DNA of 64,000 nt from an archaeon (GCA_020057405.1 JAGVFW010000011.1:36344-100343); one strand, 5' to 3'; shown: positions 25,755 to 37,400, counted from the first letter of the stretch. Program-made: numbers and translations. The notes: a model not told the origin generated them from the sequence alone.

Positions 25755-26297
25755 ATGAGAGTTTTTGTCCTGCCCACCAAGCGCCTTGAGCGCTTGAAGA
25801 AAGATAGCGGCCGCGCGCTCAAGGATTTGGAGAAGAAGGGCGGAGTCAAGATTGCCGTAAAGGAAGAAGGCGATTACGCAACGCTAGAGATTACCGGGGA
25901 AAGCGAGGGAGAGTGGGTGGCGGGCCAAGTGCTTGCCGCAATAGACTTGGGATTCCAACCAAAACAAGCGCTAAAGCTCTTTGGCGAAAACATCTACCTT
26001 GAGACGATTGACCTTGGCGAGGCAATGCATGGCAAGGAAAACGCGGTGACGCGCATGAAGTCGAGGATCATCGGCTCGGAAGGCCGCATTAGAAAAGCGC
26101 TTGAGGAATTAAGCGAGGCTGCAATTGCAATCAGCGACGACTCGCGCGTGGGGTTGCTTGGCGGTTTTGAGGAAGTTAAGGCCGCAAAGGAAGCCGTTTT
26201 GCGCCTCCTTGAGGGAAACCAGCACGGCGGGGTCATCACCTACCTTCGCAACGAAAAGAGAAAACGCGAGGCCCAATCGCTTGGAATCAAGCTGTAA
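25755..26297 (+). CDS. KH-domain pre-rRNA processing protein (Dim2/Pno1)
   Basis: AIDLGFQPKQALKL, RIIGSEG, LLEGNQHG; conserved position before top6B. Confidence 0.88.
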   Translation: MRVFVLPTKRLERLKKDSGRALKDLEKKGGVKIAVKEEGDYATLEITGESEGEWVAGQVLAAIDLGFQPKQALKLFGENIYLETIDLGEAMHGKENAVTRMKSRIIGSEGRIRKALEELSEAAIAISDDSRVGLLGGFEEVKAAKEAVLRLLEGNQHGGVITYLRNEKRKREAQSLGIKL

Positions 26298-26402
26298 ACC
26301 GTGAGCCTTTCGAATGCGCAAAGGTTTTAATGCTTTAAGCGACTAACCGTGTTTGACTCGCCTAAAGTCTTGACGCGATTTTGAAGCAATCAAGTGACTA
26401 GA

Positions 26403-28076
26403 ATGGCAAAGAAGACCGAAGAAGAACGCGTGATTTCAGCTGACGAGCTGTCAAAAGAGTTCAAGGAATACAGCGTAGCCGAGTTCTTCAAACGCAACCG
26501 CCAGATGCTTGGCTACACGGGCAAGGTGCGCTCGCTAACTACCGCAGTGCACGAGTACGTCACCAACAGCCTCGACGCCTGCGAAGACAGTAAAGTTCTC
26601 CCCGACATCCTCGTTGAAGTCCATTCCTTTGAAAACGGCCACGTCCGCGTCATTGTCGAGGACAACGGCACGGGCATTCCGAAAAAGAACGTAGGCCAAG
26701 CACTGGGCAAGCTCTTGGCCGGCACGAAATTCATGAAGCGCCAGCAAAAGCGCGGACAACAGGGTATTGGCGCCTCGTACGCAACCCTCTTCGGCCAAAT
26801 TACGACCGGCAAGGAAACGCACGTCAAGACGAGCTTAGGCGACGGCAGCGTTTACGAGTGCGACGTGAGTGTTGACATCAACAAGAACGACCCGCAAATC
26901 CGCAATGAAAAAGAGGCGCGCGGCAACTTTAGAGGCACGCGCATTGAAGCCGAGTTTGCTGAAGTCGAGTACAACCGGTCAACTTACGGCGTTTACGAAT
27001 ACCTCCGCCGCACTGCAGTTGCCAACCCCCACGCTCAAATCACTCTAGTCGAGCCCAACAAGGAAATCACAGTCTTCCCGCGGGCGACTAAAAACATTCC
27101 AAAGAAGGCAAGGGAAGTCTTGCCCCACCCCCTCGGCATCACCACAAGCGACTTAGTCGACATGGCGCGCGTCACCAAGGGCCGCAAGATAGCCTCTTTC
27201 CTCCAAAGCGATTTCTCGCGCCTGAGCGCCGAGAAAGTCAAGGAAATCGCTTCAATGTGCCCCGGTGTTGACCTCGAGCGCGCACCATCGGCACTCACTT
27301 GGCCAGAAGCAGAGAAGGTCGTCAACGCCATGCAGAAAATCAAGTGGATTGCACCCGAGATGGACGCACTGCAGCCCATTGGCTTAGTCGAGCTTGAAAA
27401 AAGCCTCAAGAACTTGCTGGCACCAGAGCGCTTAAAGGTAGTCGAGCGGCCGCCCAAGACCTTCCGAGGCGGCATCCCGTTCATGGTTGAAGCCGCAATC
27501 GCCTACGGCGGCAAGTCCGGAACAATCGGCAGTGCCGACGGCAGCGGCGCAGGCAAGGGCGAAGTCCTCCGCTACGCCAACCGCACGCCACTCTTGTTTG
27601 ACGCAGGCGCCTGCGCAACAATGGAATCAGTAAAGACCATTGACTGGAACCGCTACGACCTGAAAAACTGGGAGGACATGCAGGTCAGCATCTTCATCAA
27701 CTTTACTAGCGTCTACGTCCCCTACACTGGCGCGGGCAAGCTTGCAATCGCCCAGGAAGAGGAGATTGTGCTCGAAATCCGAAACGCGCTCATGGAATGC
27801 GCCCGCGATGTCGCGACTTACCTCCACAGCGTGCGCCGTGGCGAGGAACAGGAAGCCCGCAGGCAGATTTTCTTCCGTTACATCGGCGAAGTAGCAGAAT
27901 CGCTTCACGACATCACCGGCAAGTCCAAAGTAGAGCTTGAAGGCAAGCTGCGTAAGATCGCCGAGGAAAAGACGAGCATACTCGAACAACAGGATGACGA
28001 GGCTGAAATGGAAGAGCTGGACAAGATTGAGAAAGCCGCGTCCAAGGCAATGAAGGACGAAGGCGAAGAGGAGTAG
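26403..28076 (+). CDS. top6B: DNA topoisomerase VI subunit B
   Basis: SVAEFF, EYVTNSLDAC, EDNGTGI, RGQQGIG, RYANRTPL. Confidence 0.97.
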   Translation: MAKKTEEERVISADELSKEFKEYSVAEFFKRNRQMLGYTGKVRSLTTAVHEYVTNSLDACEDSKVLPDILVEVHSFENGHVRVIVEDNGTGIPKKNVGQALGKLLAGTKFMKRQQKRGQQGIGASYATLFGQITTGKETHVKTSLGDGSVYECDVSVDINKNDPQIRNEKEARGNFRGTRIEAEFAEVEYNRSTYGVYEYLRRTAVANPHAQITLVEPNKEITVFPRATKNIPKKAREVLPHPLGITTSDLVDMARVTKGRKIASFLQSDFSRLSAEKVKEIASMCPGVDLERAPSALTWPEAEKVVNAMQKIKWIAPEMDALQPIGLVELEKSLKNLLAPERLKVVERPPKTFRGGIPFMVEAAIAYGGKSGTIGSADGSGAGKGEVLRYANRTPLLFDAGACATMESVKTIDWNRYDLKNWEDMQVSIFINFTSVYVPYTGAGKLAIAQEEEIVLEIRNALMECARDVATYLHSVRRGEEQEARRQIFFRYIGEVAESLHDITGKSKVELEGKLRKIAEEKTSILEQQDDEAEMEELDKIEKAASKAMKDEGEEE

Positions 28077-28084
28077 GGTTTCCC

Positions 28085-29218
28085 ATGGTCATAGCAGAAA
28101 AGAACAACAAGGAAAAGCTCAAAGCCAGCCGCGACGAGATTCTTGAAAAAATCAAGCGCACCGGCGAGAAGCTAATAAAAGAGATTGACAAGGGCGACAA
28201 CCCGGCACTAGAAATTCCAGTGCGCGGCAGCAGAAACGTCGAGTTCGACGAGAAAAACAAAAAACTCGTGCTAGGCGACAAGATTGCCCACCGCTACCTC
28301 TTCAACGTCGGACACGCCAAGAAATTCATGCAAACCATGCTCGTCGCGAGCTACGTCAAGAAGGATTTGCTTGAGAACAACCTGACGGCGACTCTCCGGG
28401 ACCTTTACTACGCGAAAAAGCGCACAATCGCTGGCACCAAGGAAGAAACAATCGAGGAACAAAAAGAGTCCGACTTGGCCATTGTCGACTTTGAAGTCTC
28501 GCTCGACACTTTCCGCGAAAAGCTCCACCTGCGCGCTGAACCAAAAGGCCGCATCGCAGGCGACATGGTAGTCACCGATAGGGTGCGCGACAAGGTCGAC
28601 TCAATTGACCTTTCGCGAATGGGCTCCGGCGGATGGGCAGTGCCCTCAATTGTCGAACAAATCGAATTCAAGGACGTTGGTGCCGAATACGTGCTCGTTG
28701 CCGAGAAAAACGCGCTCTTCGATAGGCTTAACGAGGACGAGTACTGGAAGAAGAACAAGTGCATGGTGATGACGACTGCCGGCCAGGCGGCCCGCGGCGC
28801 AAGGCGCTTCCTCCAGAGGCTAAACGAGGAACTCGGCTTGCCGGTCTACATCCTCACCGACGCAGACCCCTACGGTTGGTACATCTACTCGACCATGAAG
28901 TACGGCTCAATGGCACTTGCCCACGAGAGCGACCGTCTTGGATGCCCCAACGCACACTTCATCGGCATGAGCATCAGCGACATCGAGCACTACGACCTGC
29001 GCTCGGTGACAATCAAGGCAAAGGACGTTGACATCAAGCGCGCAGAAGAAATGAAGGAATACGAGTGGTTCAAGAGCAAGCCCTGGCAAGTCGAAATCAA
29101 CAAGTTTCTTGAAAAGAAAATTAAGGCCGAAATCCAGGCACTCAGCTCCAAGAGCCTGCAGTACGTGTCAAACACTTACCTGCCCGAAAAAATCGCGAAC
29201 AAGGACTTCCTGCCTTAA
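28085..29218 (+). CDS. top6A: DNA topoisomerase VI subunit A
   Basis: TLRDLYY (catalytic Tyr), AEK, TDADPYG, KAEIQAL. Confidence 0.97.
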   Translation: MVIAEKNNKEKLKASRDEILEKIKRTGEKLIKEIDKGDNPALEIPVRGSRNVEFDEKNKKLVLGDKIAHRYLFNVGHAKKFMQTMLVASYVKKDLLENNLTATLRDLYYAKKRTIAGTKEETIEEQKESDLAIVDFEVSLDTFREKLHLRAEPKGRIAGDMVVTDRVRDKVDSIDLSRMGSGGWAVPSIVEQIEFKDVGAEYVLVAEKNALFDRLNEDEYWKKNKCMVMTTAGQAARGARRFLQRLNEELGLPVYILTDADPYGWYIYSTMKYGSMALAHESDRLGCPNAHFIGMSISDIEHYDLRSVTIKAKDVDIKRAEEMKEYEWFKSKPWQVEINKFLEKKIKAEIQALSSKSLQYVSNTYLPEKIANKDFLP

Positions 29219-29227
29219 GGTGCTAGC

Positions 29228-29863
29228 GTGCCAAAATTCGCCGCAGTTCTCTTTGACTTCGACGGCACGCTCGTTGAGACGCACGACTACATTCTCGGCG
29301 CTTACAACCACGCGCTGGCTTCGATTGGAAAGCCCAAAATAGACCTGGAATTCCTTTCAAAGTGGGCAGGCGTGCCCCTTGACTCGGTCTTCCGCAAGAA
29401 CGGATTTACTGAAGCGGAAATCGAGGCGCTAACCCTGAGCTTTTACGAATTCCAGAAGGCCAACCTCGGCCTCGTAAAGGCATTTCCGGAAACAAAGCGC
29501 GTGCTTGTCGAGCTTGAGGGTCGCGGGGTGAAAGTGGGCATCGTCACTGCGAGAAAGACGCGCAGCACGAAGATGATGCTGGAACACACGGGCCTTGGCA
29601 AATTCATCAAGGAAATAATCGCGCCAGACAACTTCAACAAGAACAAGCCCTCGCCAGAACCATTCCTCGAGTGCGCGCGCCTGCTTGGCGTAACTGCAAA
29701 AGAGTGCCTCGTTGTCGGTGACGGGTGCGCCGACATTGTAGGCGGCCACGACGCTGGAATGAAGACCGCCTTGGCCGAATACGGCTACGGCGCTGCACAC
29801 GAATGCCACCAAAAGCCCGACTTCATACTCAAGAGCGTCGCTGACGTGCTCAAGCTAATTTAA
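29228..29863 (+). CDS. HAD-IA family hydrolase
   Basis: FDFDGTL, KPSP, VGD...DI. Confidence 0.9.
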   Translation: MPKFAAVLFDFDGTLVETHDYILGAYNHALASIGKPKIDLEFLSKWAGVPLDSVFRKNGFTEAEIEALTLSFYEFQKANLGLVKAFPETKRVLVELEGRGVKVGIVTARKTRSTKMMLEHTGLGKFIKEIIAPDNFNKNKPSPEPFLECARLLGVTAKECLVVGDGCADIVGGHDAGMKTALAEYGYGAAHECHQKPDFILKSVADVLKLI

Positions 29864-29921
29864 AAGAAAAATTGAGGCGGGCGAATGCGCCCTTGCCCTG
29901 TCGCTTGGGAAACTAAATTGC

Positions 29922-30626
29922 TTAGCGGCGCTTGCGTCTGGCGCTCTTCTTGGATGCCGAAACGCGAACTTTCGAAGCCGCCTTCCTGCCGCCCTTCTGC
30001 TCCTTGGTGAACTCGTGGTACGAGTAGACGATGAGGAAGACCACTGCAACTAGCACGGGACCGATGGCAAGCAGAAACGACCACTTGGGAAAGACCAGGC
30101 CAAAGAGGGCGATGATGCCTGCGGCTTTAAAGAGCCGACTTGCAATTGCATGAGTCTTGTCCCAGACGTGATCGCTTGAAAGAGTCCACGGCGTGCGGAC
30201 GCCGACGAAGTAGTTGCGCTTGGAGTCCGCCATCATCACGCCCACCTGGTAGAAAATGGCGGCTAAAGCGATTGGCATTGTCGCAAGCGGACTTAAGGGC
30301 TTGCCGAAGTTCCAGAGAATGTAGAGCTGGATGAAGAGCATGGCGATAACAAGCGAGAGTATGATGAAGAAGGCGTCAAGGTCGTTGCGGAACGCCTCGA
30401 TTGCCTTGTGGCGCGGGTCAATGCGAGGGATGAGCACGAGGAGAATGAAGACGAAGAGGATTACGACCGGCATGAGAAAGACGGTCCAGCTATCCGCATA
30501 GCTGTTTACAGCGCCGTTAGCATCCCAGTGGCTGGCGATTACCGGAGGAAGCAGCGGATAAGCCCAAACTGCAATTGCAAAACAAGCAAGCGTAACCAAC
30601 AAAACAGCGTTTTCAGCGAACCTCAA
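29922..30626 (-). CDS. SdpI family membrane protein (DUF1648 + SdpI)
   Basis: LP..IASHW..NG, PRIDP, RNYFVGVRTPWTL..VW.KTH. Confidence 0.9.
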   Translation of the reverse strand: MRFAENAVLLVTLACFAIAVWAYPLLPPVIASHWDANGAVNSYADSWTVFLMPVVILFVFILLVLIPRIDPRHKAIEAFRNDLDAFFIILSLVIAMLFIQLYILWNFGKPLSPLATMPIALAAIFYQVGVMMADSKRNYFVGVRTPWTLSSDHVWDKTHAIASRLFKAAGIIALFGLVFPKWSFLLAIGPVLVAVVFLIVYSYHEFTKEQKGGRKAASKVRVSASKKSARRKRR

Positions 30627-30756
30627 GCCAATCCCCTCGTAAGACTCAGGCACCAGGGCAATAAAAAGCATTTGAAAGACGCTTAGTGGCCCCGTAGAAC
30701 GGAATAAAAACCATTCCCGACCTATAATTGTTGAGAGCAACACTACTAATTCTAGT

Positions 30757-30829
30757 GCCTCGGTAGCTCAGCTGGTAGAGCGCCTGGCTGTTAACCAGGA
30801 TGTCGCAGGTTCGAGTCCTGCCCGGGGCG
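30757..30829 (+). tRNA. tRNA-Asn(GTT)
   Basis: GCCTCGG/CCGGGGC-G acceptor, GCTC D stem, CCTGG-CTGTTAA-CCAGG, GCAGG-TTCGAGT-CCTGC. Confidence 0.97.
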
Positions 30830-30959
30830 CTTCTTCTCGAAGTATTAGCGCCGGTTTGAAGTGTTCTTTGGGCCGGCAAGTCACGGCCGCGAGCATGATT
30901 TGGGGGCGGTGGGACAGTATGCGTTATTTTGGCAAAACTTCTGGGGACGCACTGGCTAG

Positions 30960-32645
30960 CTAATTGATTTGGTCCCGGAGGGGCAGCAGGCCCAAGTGCA
31001 GTACGGCTCCGCGGAAAGTTCCGTGGACTGCGGCCACGCCGCCGTAGAAGTACGGATTTGCCTCATCTACTACCAGGTCAGCGTAGGTGCCGTCCGCCCT
31101 GCCTCCCCAGTACGCCGGCATTGAAGTGGGGTTGGCGGCCTTCTCGAAGATTCCGAGCATTGCAAAACTGCGGCCCTGGCCCTGATTGTACCACGAGCCG
31201 CTTGCGTAAACCTTGGTAGGCGTCACTACCAGCGAATCGAACGAAGGCCGGTATGTAGTCTGCAATTGGACTGTTCTTTGGAGGTTCAAGTTTGAAAGGT
31301 TGGCCGCGTCAAGCACGAGCACGATCGAACCGCCGGCCGCGTAGATTGTGTTCCCGTCAACCACCATGTCCTTGAAGATGGCGCGGTTGAACCGGGTGTT
31401 CGGGTAAGTGGCAATTTGCTCAAGTGATGGCGAGAAGACCGCCACGCTCGGGTCGTCGTAAGTTCCCCTCACCCACGAGACGATTAAGTGCTCGTCCTTT
31501 ACGGCAAACCCGTATAAGTTGCTAGAGTAGCTCAAGTCGCCGACTACGCTCACGGCGTTGGGGTTGCTTATGTCTATTTTCTTGAGCGAGCGGAGGAAGC
31601 TTACGTAAGCGAAGTTGCCCGAAAGCGCGATGTCGAAACTCCCGTAGCCGTCACTGGCCGGGATTGTGCTCAGCGGGCCCGACAGCGTGCCGTTGGGGAA
31701 GAACTTCAGCACGACGAAGCCCGTCCTTGTCGCGCCGTAGACGTACTCGCCGTCTGGAGAAAGCTTGAGCTTGTTGAAAGTGAAGTTATTGGCTGCAGAC
31801 CTTACGACTGGCGGGAACAAGTAAGACCCAAAGTCCAGGCGCGTGGAATTCAGGCGATAGACGTCAATTCCACTGAAAGATTTGCCTACCAACAGCATTT
31901 GCGTCGGCGCGTAATACTCGAGCGCGCCGCCTCCTGGCAGCGCCTCGCTCAGCTGAAACACGCCGGGAGGCGGTGTTGGTAAAGGAGAGGAAGCCGGAGT
32001 GGGGGTTGGCGTTGCGGCAGGGCTCGCAGTCGGGGTTGCGGAAACAGTCGGGCTTGCAACCGGAGTAGCGGAGGGAGTCGCGGTGCTTTCCGGTGAGGGA
32101 GTTGGGATTGTAGTTGGCGCCTCAGGCGTCGCAGTAGCTGCGAAAACCGTTGCTTGCGCGCTTGCCGCGGGAGCCGGACTTGCGTCCGCACTCCTGAAGA
32201 GTTGCAGTCTTCGTCCTATTTCGTCTTTCAGGATTCCATCGCACTTGTCAAGGTATTGTTCTGCCGTGAGGAAGAGGGGATCGTCAAGGCGGTTGGCTTC
32301 AAGCCGCGCGATTTCACAGTCCATTGTTGCCAGCGAGAACAGCGGTCTTGCTTCCTCGAGTTCCCTTCGCGTCTCCTCGCTTGCACGCTCGGGCAGCGTC
32401 ATGTCCCGCAACTGGATGAAAAGGTTGCAGGTAGTTTCACTGCCTTGCTTGGCAGTGATTTCCGCATAGACCGTCACGCCTGCCAGTGTGACTGTTGCCT
32501 TGGCGGGGCCGCAGCTTGCCTGCGTCTGTTCCTTCAGGCAACTGATGCTGTTGGCACAGTCGCGGAAATCCACTCCAGTCTGCTGCTGCACGCAGCCTGC
32601 AATGACTAAGGCTATTGCGGCCAGGAGGCAAAATATTTTTTTCAT
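30960..32645 (-). CDS. Lipoprotein with Pro/Thr linker and a beta-propeller (LVIVD-like) domain
   Basis: Lipobox IAGC; long PT linker; SGNFAYV...IDISNP and DGNTIYAA...LVLDAAN repeats. Confidence 0.75.
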   Translation of the reverse strand: MKKIFCLLAAIALVIAGCVQQQTGVDFRDCANSISCLKEQTQASCGPAKATVTLAGVTVYAEITAKQGSETTCNLFIQLRDMTLPERASEETRRELEEARPLFSLATMDCEIARLEANRLDDPLFLTAEQYLDKCDGILKDEIGRRLQLFRSADASPAPAASAQATVFAATATPEAPTTIPTPSPESTATPSATPVASPTVSATPTASPAATPTPTPASSPLPTPPPGVFQLSEALPGGGALEYYAPTQMLLVGKSFSGIDVYRLNSTRLDFGSYLFPPVVRSAANNFTFNKLKLSPDGEYVYGATRTGFVVLKFFPNGTLSGPLSTIPASDGYGSFDIALSGNFAYVSFLRSLKKIDISNPNAVSVVGDLSYSSNLYGFAVKDEHLIVSWVRGTYDDPSVAVFSPSLEQIATYPNTRFNRAIFKDMVVDGNTIYAAGGSIVLVLDAANLSNLNLQRTVQLQTTYRPSFDSLVVTPTKVYASGSWYNQGQGRSFAMLGIFEKAANPTSMPAYWGGRADGTYADLVVDEANPYFYGGVAAVHGTFRGAVLHLGLLPLRDQIN

Positions 32646-32795
32646 CAGCCTTTTCATTAACCAACCGCCATTTAAAAACTCGCTCTCAGGGGGCTCGGCT
32701 GTCCTTTCACTAAAGACATCTGGGCCTGGTCTTGGCTCTGGTGGGGGGTATCCGCCTTATTTCATTTGCTTTAAATAAAAGAAAGGCATTACAGG

Positions 32796-33773
32796 ATGGT
32801 GAAGCCCGTCCCGTTTTTACTGCTTGCGAGCCTTTTGCTGGGAGGCTGCATCACGGCCGCGGAGTTCGAGGACCCCACTCCGAGTCCGACAGCTACTGGC
32901 ACACCAGACGAGCCACTGCTGATTGAAATCAGTTCTGCCGAAGTTCAGCGCAATGACGCCCCGCCGTCAATAACGATAAGCGCCAGTCCATCTAACCCAG
33001 ACAGGGGGCAGGTGTTCACCCTGGCAATCAGCTCGCAAGACGACCTGGCGGTCAAGGCCCTTTCCTGGGAATCTGCGGACGTTTTTACAAAGCAGCCGGA
33101 AACAAATTCTTTCGACTGCGGACTGCAAAAAATCTGTTCGGTCAACTGGGATTTCAGCTCGGGCCAAGACGGCTTGAAGACCATTACCGTCTACTCCACT
33201 GACTCGACTGGACACTACTCCGGAAGAACCCCGGTTGAAATTGACGTCCGGCCTTTTGATGCGCGGCCTGCTTCCACGGTCACGCCGATTGCCGGTTGCG
33301 GGAATGACGTTTGCGACAGCGGGGAGGCGTTTGAGACCTGCGCCCAGGACTGTCCTGCCGCTGGCTTCAGGTGCGCTAACGGCGTTTGCGAAGGCGGGGA
33401 GTCGTATCAAAGCTGCCCGCAGGACTGCAGCGTGAGCTCCATTGTAGGAAGCACTTGCGGCGACGGCGCGTGCGAACGCGGGGAGGACAAGGCAAACTGC
33501 CCGGCCGACTGCACGTCAATAAAGCCCAACTGCGGAAACAACGTTTGCGACGCGTGGGAAAACAGCACTAGCTGCCTTGCCGACTGCGAATCGGCTGGCG
33601 CGACCGAGGACGCGTGCACTTACAATTCCGCGTGCGGCTACAAGCAAATCTGCCAAGGCGGAAAGTGCGTGAGCGTGGACTGCACGAATGACGCGCAGTG
33701 CAGCTACGGCAAGGAATGCAAGTACAATCGATGCGTCAGGTGCCCAAGAGGCCCATACGGGCCGGCATGCTAA
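32796..33773 (+). CDS. Lipoprotein with an Ig-like domain and cysteine-rich repeats
   Basis: Lipobox LGGC; four C(G/A)(N/D)xxCxxxExxxxCxxDC repeats plus two further Cys knots. Confidence 0.8.
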   Translation: MVKPVPFLLLASLLLGGCITAAEFEDPTPSPTATGTPDEPLLIEISSAEVQRNDAPPSITISASPSNPDRGQVFTLAISSQDDLAVKALSWESADVFTKQPETNSFDCGLQKICSVNWDFSSGQDGLKTITVYSTDSTGHYSGRTPVEIDVRPFDARPASTVTPIAGCGNDVCDSGEAFETCAQDCPAAGFRCANGVCEGGESYQSCPQDCSVSSIVGSTCGDGACERGEDKANCPADCTSIKPNCGNNVCDAWENSTSCLADCESAGATEDACTYNSACGYKQICQGGKCVSVDCTNDAQCSYGKECKYNRCVRCPRGPYGPAC

Positions 33774-33866
33774 CCCCCGCCCAGAATCCTCCCTCGCCTC
33801 GGCACAACCCTTACTAGTACGCGTTTATTTGGAGTTCAATTAGAGTTTACGTGCGACCTACCTCGC

Positions 33867-33884
33867 TGTTGCCGAAAGGCAACA
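33867..33884. terminator. Stable GAAA-tetraloop hairpin
   Basis: TGTTGCC-GAAA-GGCAACA followed by CTTTTATTT. Confidence 0.35.
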
Positions 33885-33919
33885 AGCAAGCTTTTATTTC
33901 GCCCGCCAGTTAGGCTTGC

Positions 33920-34378
33920 GTGAAAACCAGTGTTTTTAAGCGCAAGCCCGAGTTCTGGGTTGCGTTTGTTTTTGCGCTGATTGCCTGCTGTGCAGTTGCC
34001 GCGCTTTTCCTATACTCTCTTTTTAGCCAATCGAGCCTCGCCGTAATTGCCGCGGCCCTGGTTGCGTTGGGGGCAATAAGTATTGCCGTTGGCAACGCGC
34101 TAGTAAACACGGTGACCACGGTTGCCGTGGGACCGGGCAATGTTGAAATAAGGTTTTTGGGCAGGGAAAAAGTTTCTTTCTCCAAGGCGGACGCCATACT
34201 AATTTCCGCCGCGCTTTGGGCAATTCCCGCAGAGCTCACAATCAGGCACGGCAAGCAGGTTGTCTCGATTGGCACTTACACCTGGTTTAAAGACGCGCGG
34301 GGGCTGGAGAAAGCAGTGCAGCAGGCGCTCAAAACCAAGGCAAAGAACCTCGGGATTATCACTTCAAAAGCCGAGTGA
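33920..34378 (+). CDS. Hypothetical membrane protein
   Basis: Two TM helices then a beta-rich domain. Confidence 0.65.
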   Translation: MKTSVFKRKPEFWVAFVFALIACCAVAALFLYSLFSQSSLAVIAAALVALGAISIAVGNALVNTVTTVAVGPGNVEIRFLGREKVSFSKADAILISAALWAIPAELTIRHGKQVVSIGTYTWFKDARGLEKAVQQALKTKAKNLGIITSKAE

Positions 34379-34464
34379 AGAGTGCCGAAATTCGCGTGAA
34401 ACAAGACCCGGGCAGTTTTTTGCCCCGGGGCTTGGTTTTTATTCCCCAAAAGAGTAACGAAAAC

Positions 34465-37400
34465 ATGCGTAAGGGCGCTTTTCGGCGGGCCGCATTCCTA
34501 TTTTCCTTGCTCTTGCTAGTTATGGCAGTTCCCTTGCGCGCCACCAACCACACTTTCGAGTGCAGCCGGATGGCGCCCGCGGACTGGATTATCCAGCCGG
34601 CAGCGGAAGAAAACATGCGCGACGACAGTACCATGGACAAGGAGGAAGCCGCAATTGCCGAACAATACGACCACTGCAGTTACCGCAACGCGGACAACGC
34701 GATAAACCCGCAGATGAATGTCCTGCTGTTCGTGCAGGGAGTGTTTCACCACAAACAGGCTGGTGCGGACAAGTACATTGCCAACACCGTCGAGGGCACG
34801 AAAAAATACGGGGTTACCGGCAATACCCCGGACAACAGGTACTGGTTTTTCACTGGTGCCAACTGGAGGATTGTCGTGGAAACTGCGGAGTTCGTCAGCG
34901 AATACGACCCCAAGACAATGAAGCCAAAGGGATACCACTACTACGCATGGAAGGGCAGGGGCGAAGTTTGGAAGCAAATCGGCCACTGCGTGCTTTCAGT
35001 CTCAGGCGAGCTTTTCCCCCCTGACTTGAACTACCGTTTCGACCCCATTCCGGAACGCGGGCCCTACACCACCAAACAGCAAGCCGTCGAGGTTGGAAGG
35101 GGCGTGCTGATGCGCGAATTGGCCGAGAAGGGCGAAGGGCTTTTGGCAAAAGCGTCAACCGCGGAACTCCAGGAATTCTGCATGCGCTCGCTTGACGGCA
35201 CGGAATCAGCCGCTCCAACGCCATCACCTTCACCGAGTCCATCGCCAGAGCCCAAATGCGATACAAACGGGGAAATAATTTTCGAGCCAACTCAAGGCGT
35301 CTGGCAGGATGACTACCACTTTGCCGACGCGCCAGGAAAAAGAATAGAGAGAATCGCGCAAGGGCAATACAATGCTGAACTGCCAATGGTTGTGGGAAGG
35401 CGCTCGCTTATTTTCGGACAAAGAGGGGCTGGCGCCCCAGACGCGGTAACGGACTTCGAGCGCAGGACAATTAAAATGAAGGGGACCACTACGGGAACCA
35501 CGGCGGTAATGTCGAGGATCAAGTTCTCGCTCGACTCGCTTGGAGCGTCGAAAACCGTCTACGAATCGGCCAACGAAATCGCGCTCCCAATCGGCCCGCC
35601 TTGCGGGGCGCAACACGCCTTTTCAAGAACCCTGCCCGCCGGGCTGGGCCTGCCGCCCGCGACGGACTTCACTTTTGACTCAAAGGGCGCCTACGAGCTC
35701 AAGGCAGAACTGCTAAGGGGAAGCGACAGCAAGCCGGTAGGAGTGCAGACCAGCGTCTTTGGAAACGCGGTTGAAACAAAGGAAATGCAAGTGCACTTTG
35801 TTGCAACAAGTGTAATGCCGGCAATAGGCGCGTTGGCTGCGCAAAACCTGGCCGCGTGGACACGCCAGCTGGCCCAGGACTCGCAAGCCTACATTCCCGA
35901 CTACTTCCCGCTTGCGCAAGGGCCAAACGCGATACAGACCCTCACCTATCCAGTACTACGCTCGTACTTCTCGACCCTGGCTCAGGCAAACCAGAGCTGG
36001 AAGGCTTACTGGGCAAGCGCGCTCTTTACGACAGGCGAGGATGACGAGCGGGTTTACGAACATTACCGCAGGCAGCACATGGCCGCGCAGGTTTTCGGGG
36101 AACTTTCGGCAGGCGCAATGTTCGGCAACGCCGACAAGATAGTAGTGGTCATACCAAGCGAGGAGGCGGGAACGCTGATGGGATCAGGGGCAGTGGCAAT
36201 CTCGGTTACCCAAAAAGTGGTGATAGTGCCCTACAACATTAACTACACAAAGCCGCCCCACGACACGGTTGCCCACGAACTTGCACACACCATGCCCTTC
36301 ATATGGTCCGCGGACGAAATGCTGGCGGCGTGCGCAGACGATTACCACAACACCAACCGGACTATTGCGCACGGTTTTAGGATAACTTACGGGGGCGCTC
36401 CGGCAGTCAGGGGACACGTTCCAGCCGGCGGGGCGCTGCCGATAATGGGGGTCGGGACGCTCGTCGTAGGGCCGGCCGTGTGGGCAACCGACACGCTCTA
36501 CGACGCCAACAGTTACACCGTCTGGAACGACCAGTGCACTTATACGCACTTGGCGGACTACATGCAGGCGCCAGTTGACCCCAAGCTGCTTTTGGTAAGG
36601 GGCGAAATCGCAAGAAAGGACGGCAAGTATTTTGCGAGGCTGGCGCCATCATACGAGTTTTACGGAACGCCTACCTTGAGCGCCAACGGCACGGGAAGCT
36701 GGAGAATAGTCGTCAGGGACGCTTCGGGAACCGAAGGTCCGTCATACGCGTTTGAGCCCGGGTGGGAACTGCCCACCCAGCCAGAGCACGTTATCCTTGA
36801 CCTCGTTTCCTTCACCCAAGCAATACCGTTTGAAGACAATGCCGCATCAATAGAAATATACTCAAGCGAGGGGCTTGAGGCTACGATGAAGTTAAGCGCC
36901 AACGCGCCGACAGTGCAAATAACCTCGCCTGAAAACAATTCAAACACCGAGCCCCAAGAACAGGGCACCCCAATTGCGTGGGAGGCGGGTGACGCGGACG
37001 GCGACGCGCTTGCCTACACCGTGCTTTACTCTTCCAACGGGGGCGAAAGCTGGCGGCAAGAAGTTTTTGAAACAACGCAAACAAGCGCGAAAATAAGGCT
37101 CGACGACGCGCCCGACCACCTTGTGAAAGTGCTTGCAACAGACGGCGCCAACAGCGGCGAGGCGGTCGTGGCTTTCAGCACGCGAGCAAAGGAACTCCAG
37201 CCCACGCCGGAACCCCAAGCTGCTTCGCCGCAAATCGAGCTTCCCCAAGAAATAGACTTTTCATTCATCCCGCAATCGGTTGCCAGCTTGCTTGGCGGGG
37301 GGATTGTGAGAATAGACTTGTACGAGGGCGGCACTCCCGCATCGTTTTGGTATGAGCTCCAAGAAGGCGGCAAGGCAGTCAGGCTGGCCGAACCGCAGGG

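Noticed and set aside
31960-32170. Pro/Thr/Ser-coding repeats here and at about 5228-5310, 38655-38775 and 44880-45065 as DNA repeat elements
   Set aside because: They are low-complexity protein linkers, not independent DNA repeats.
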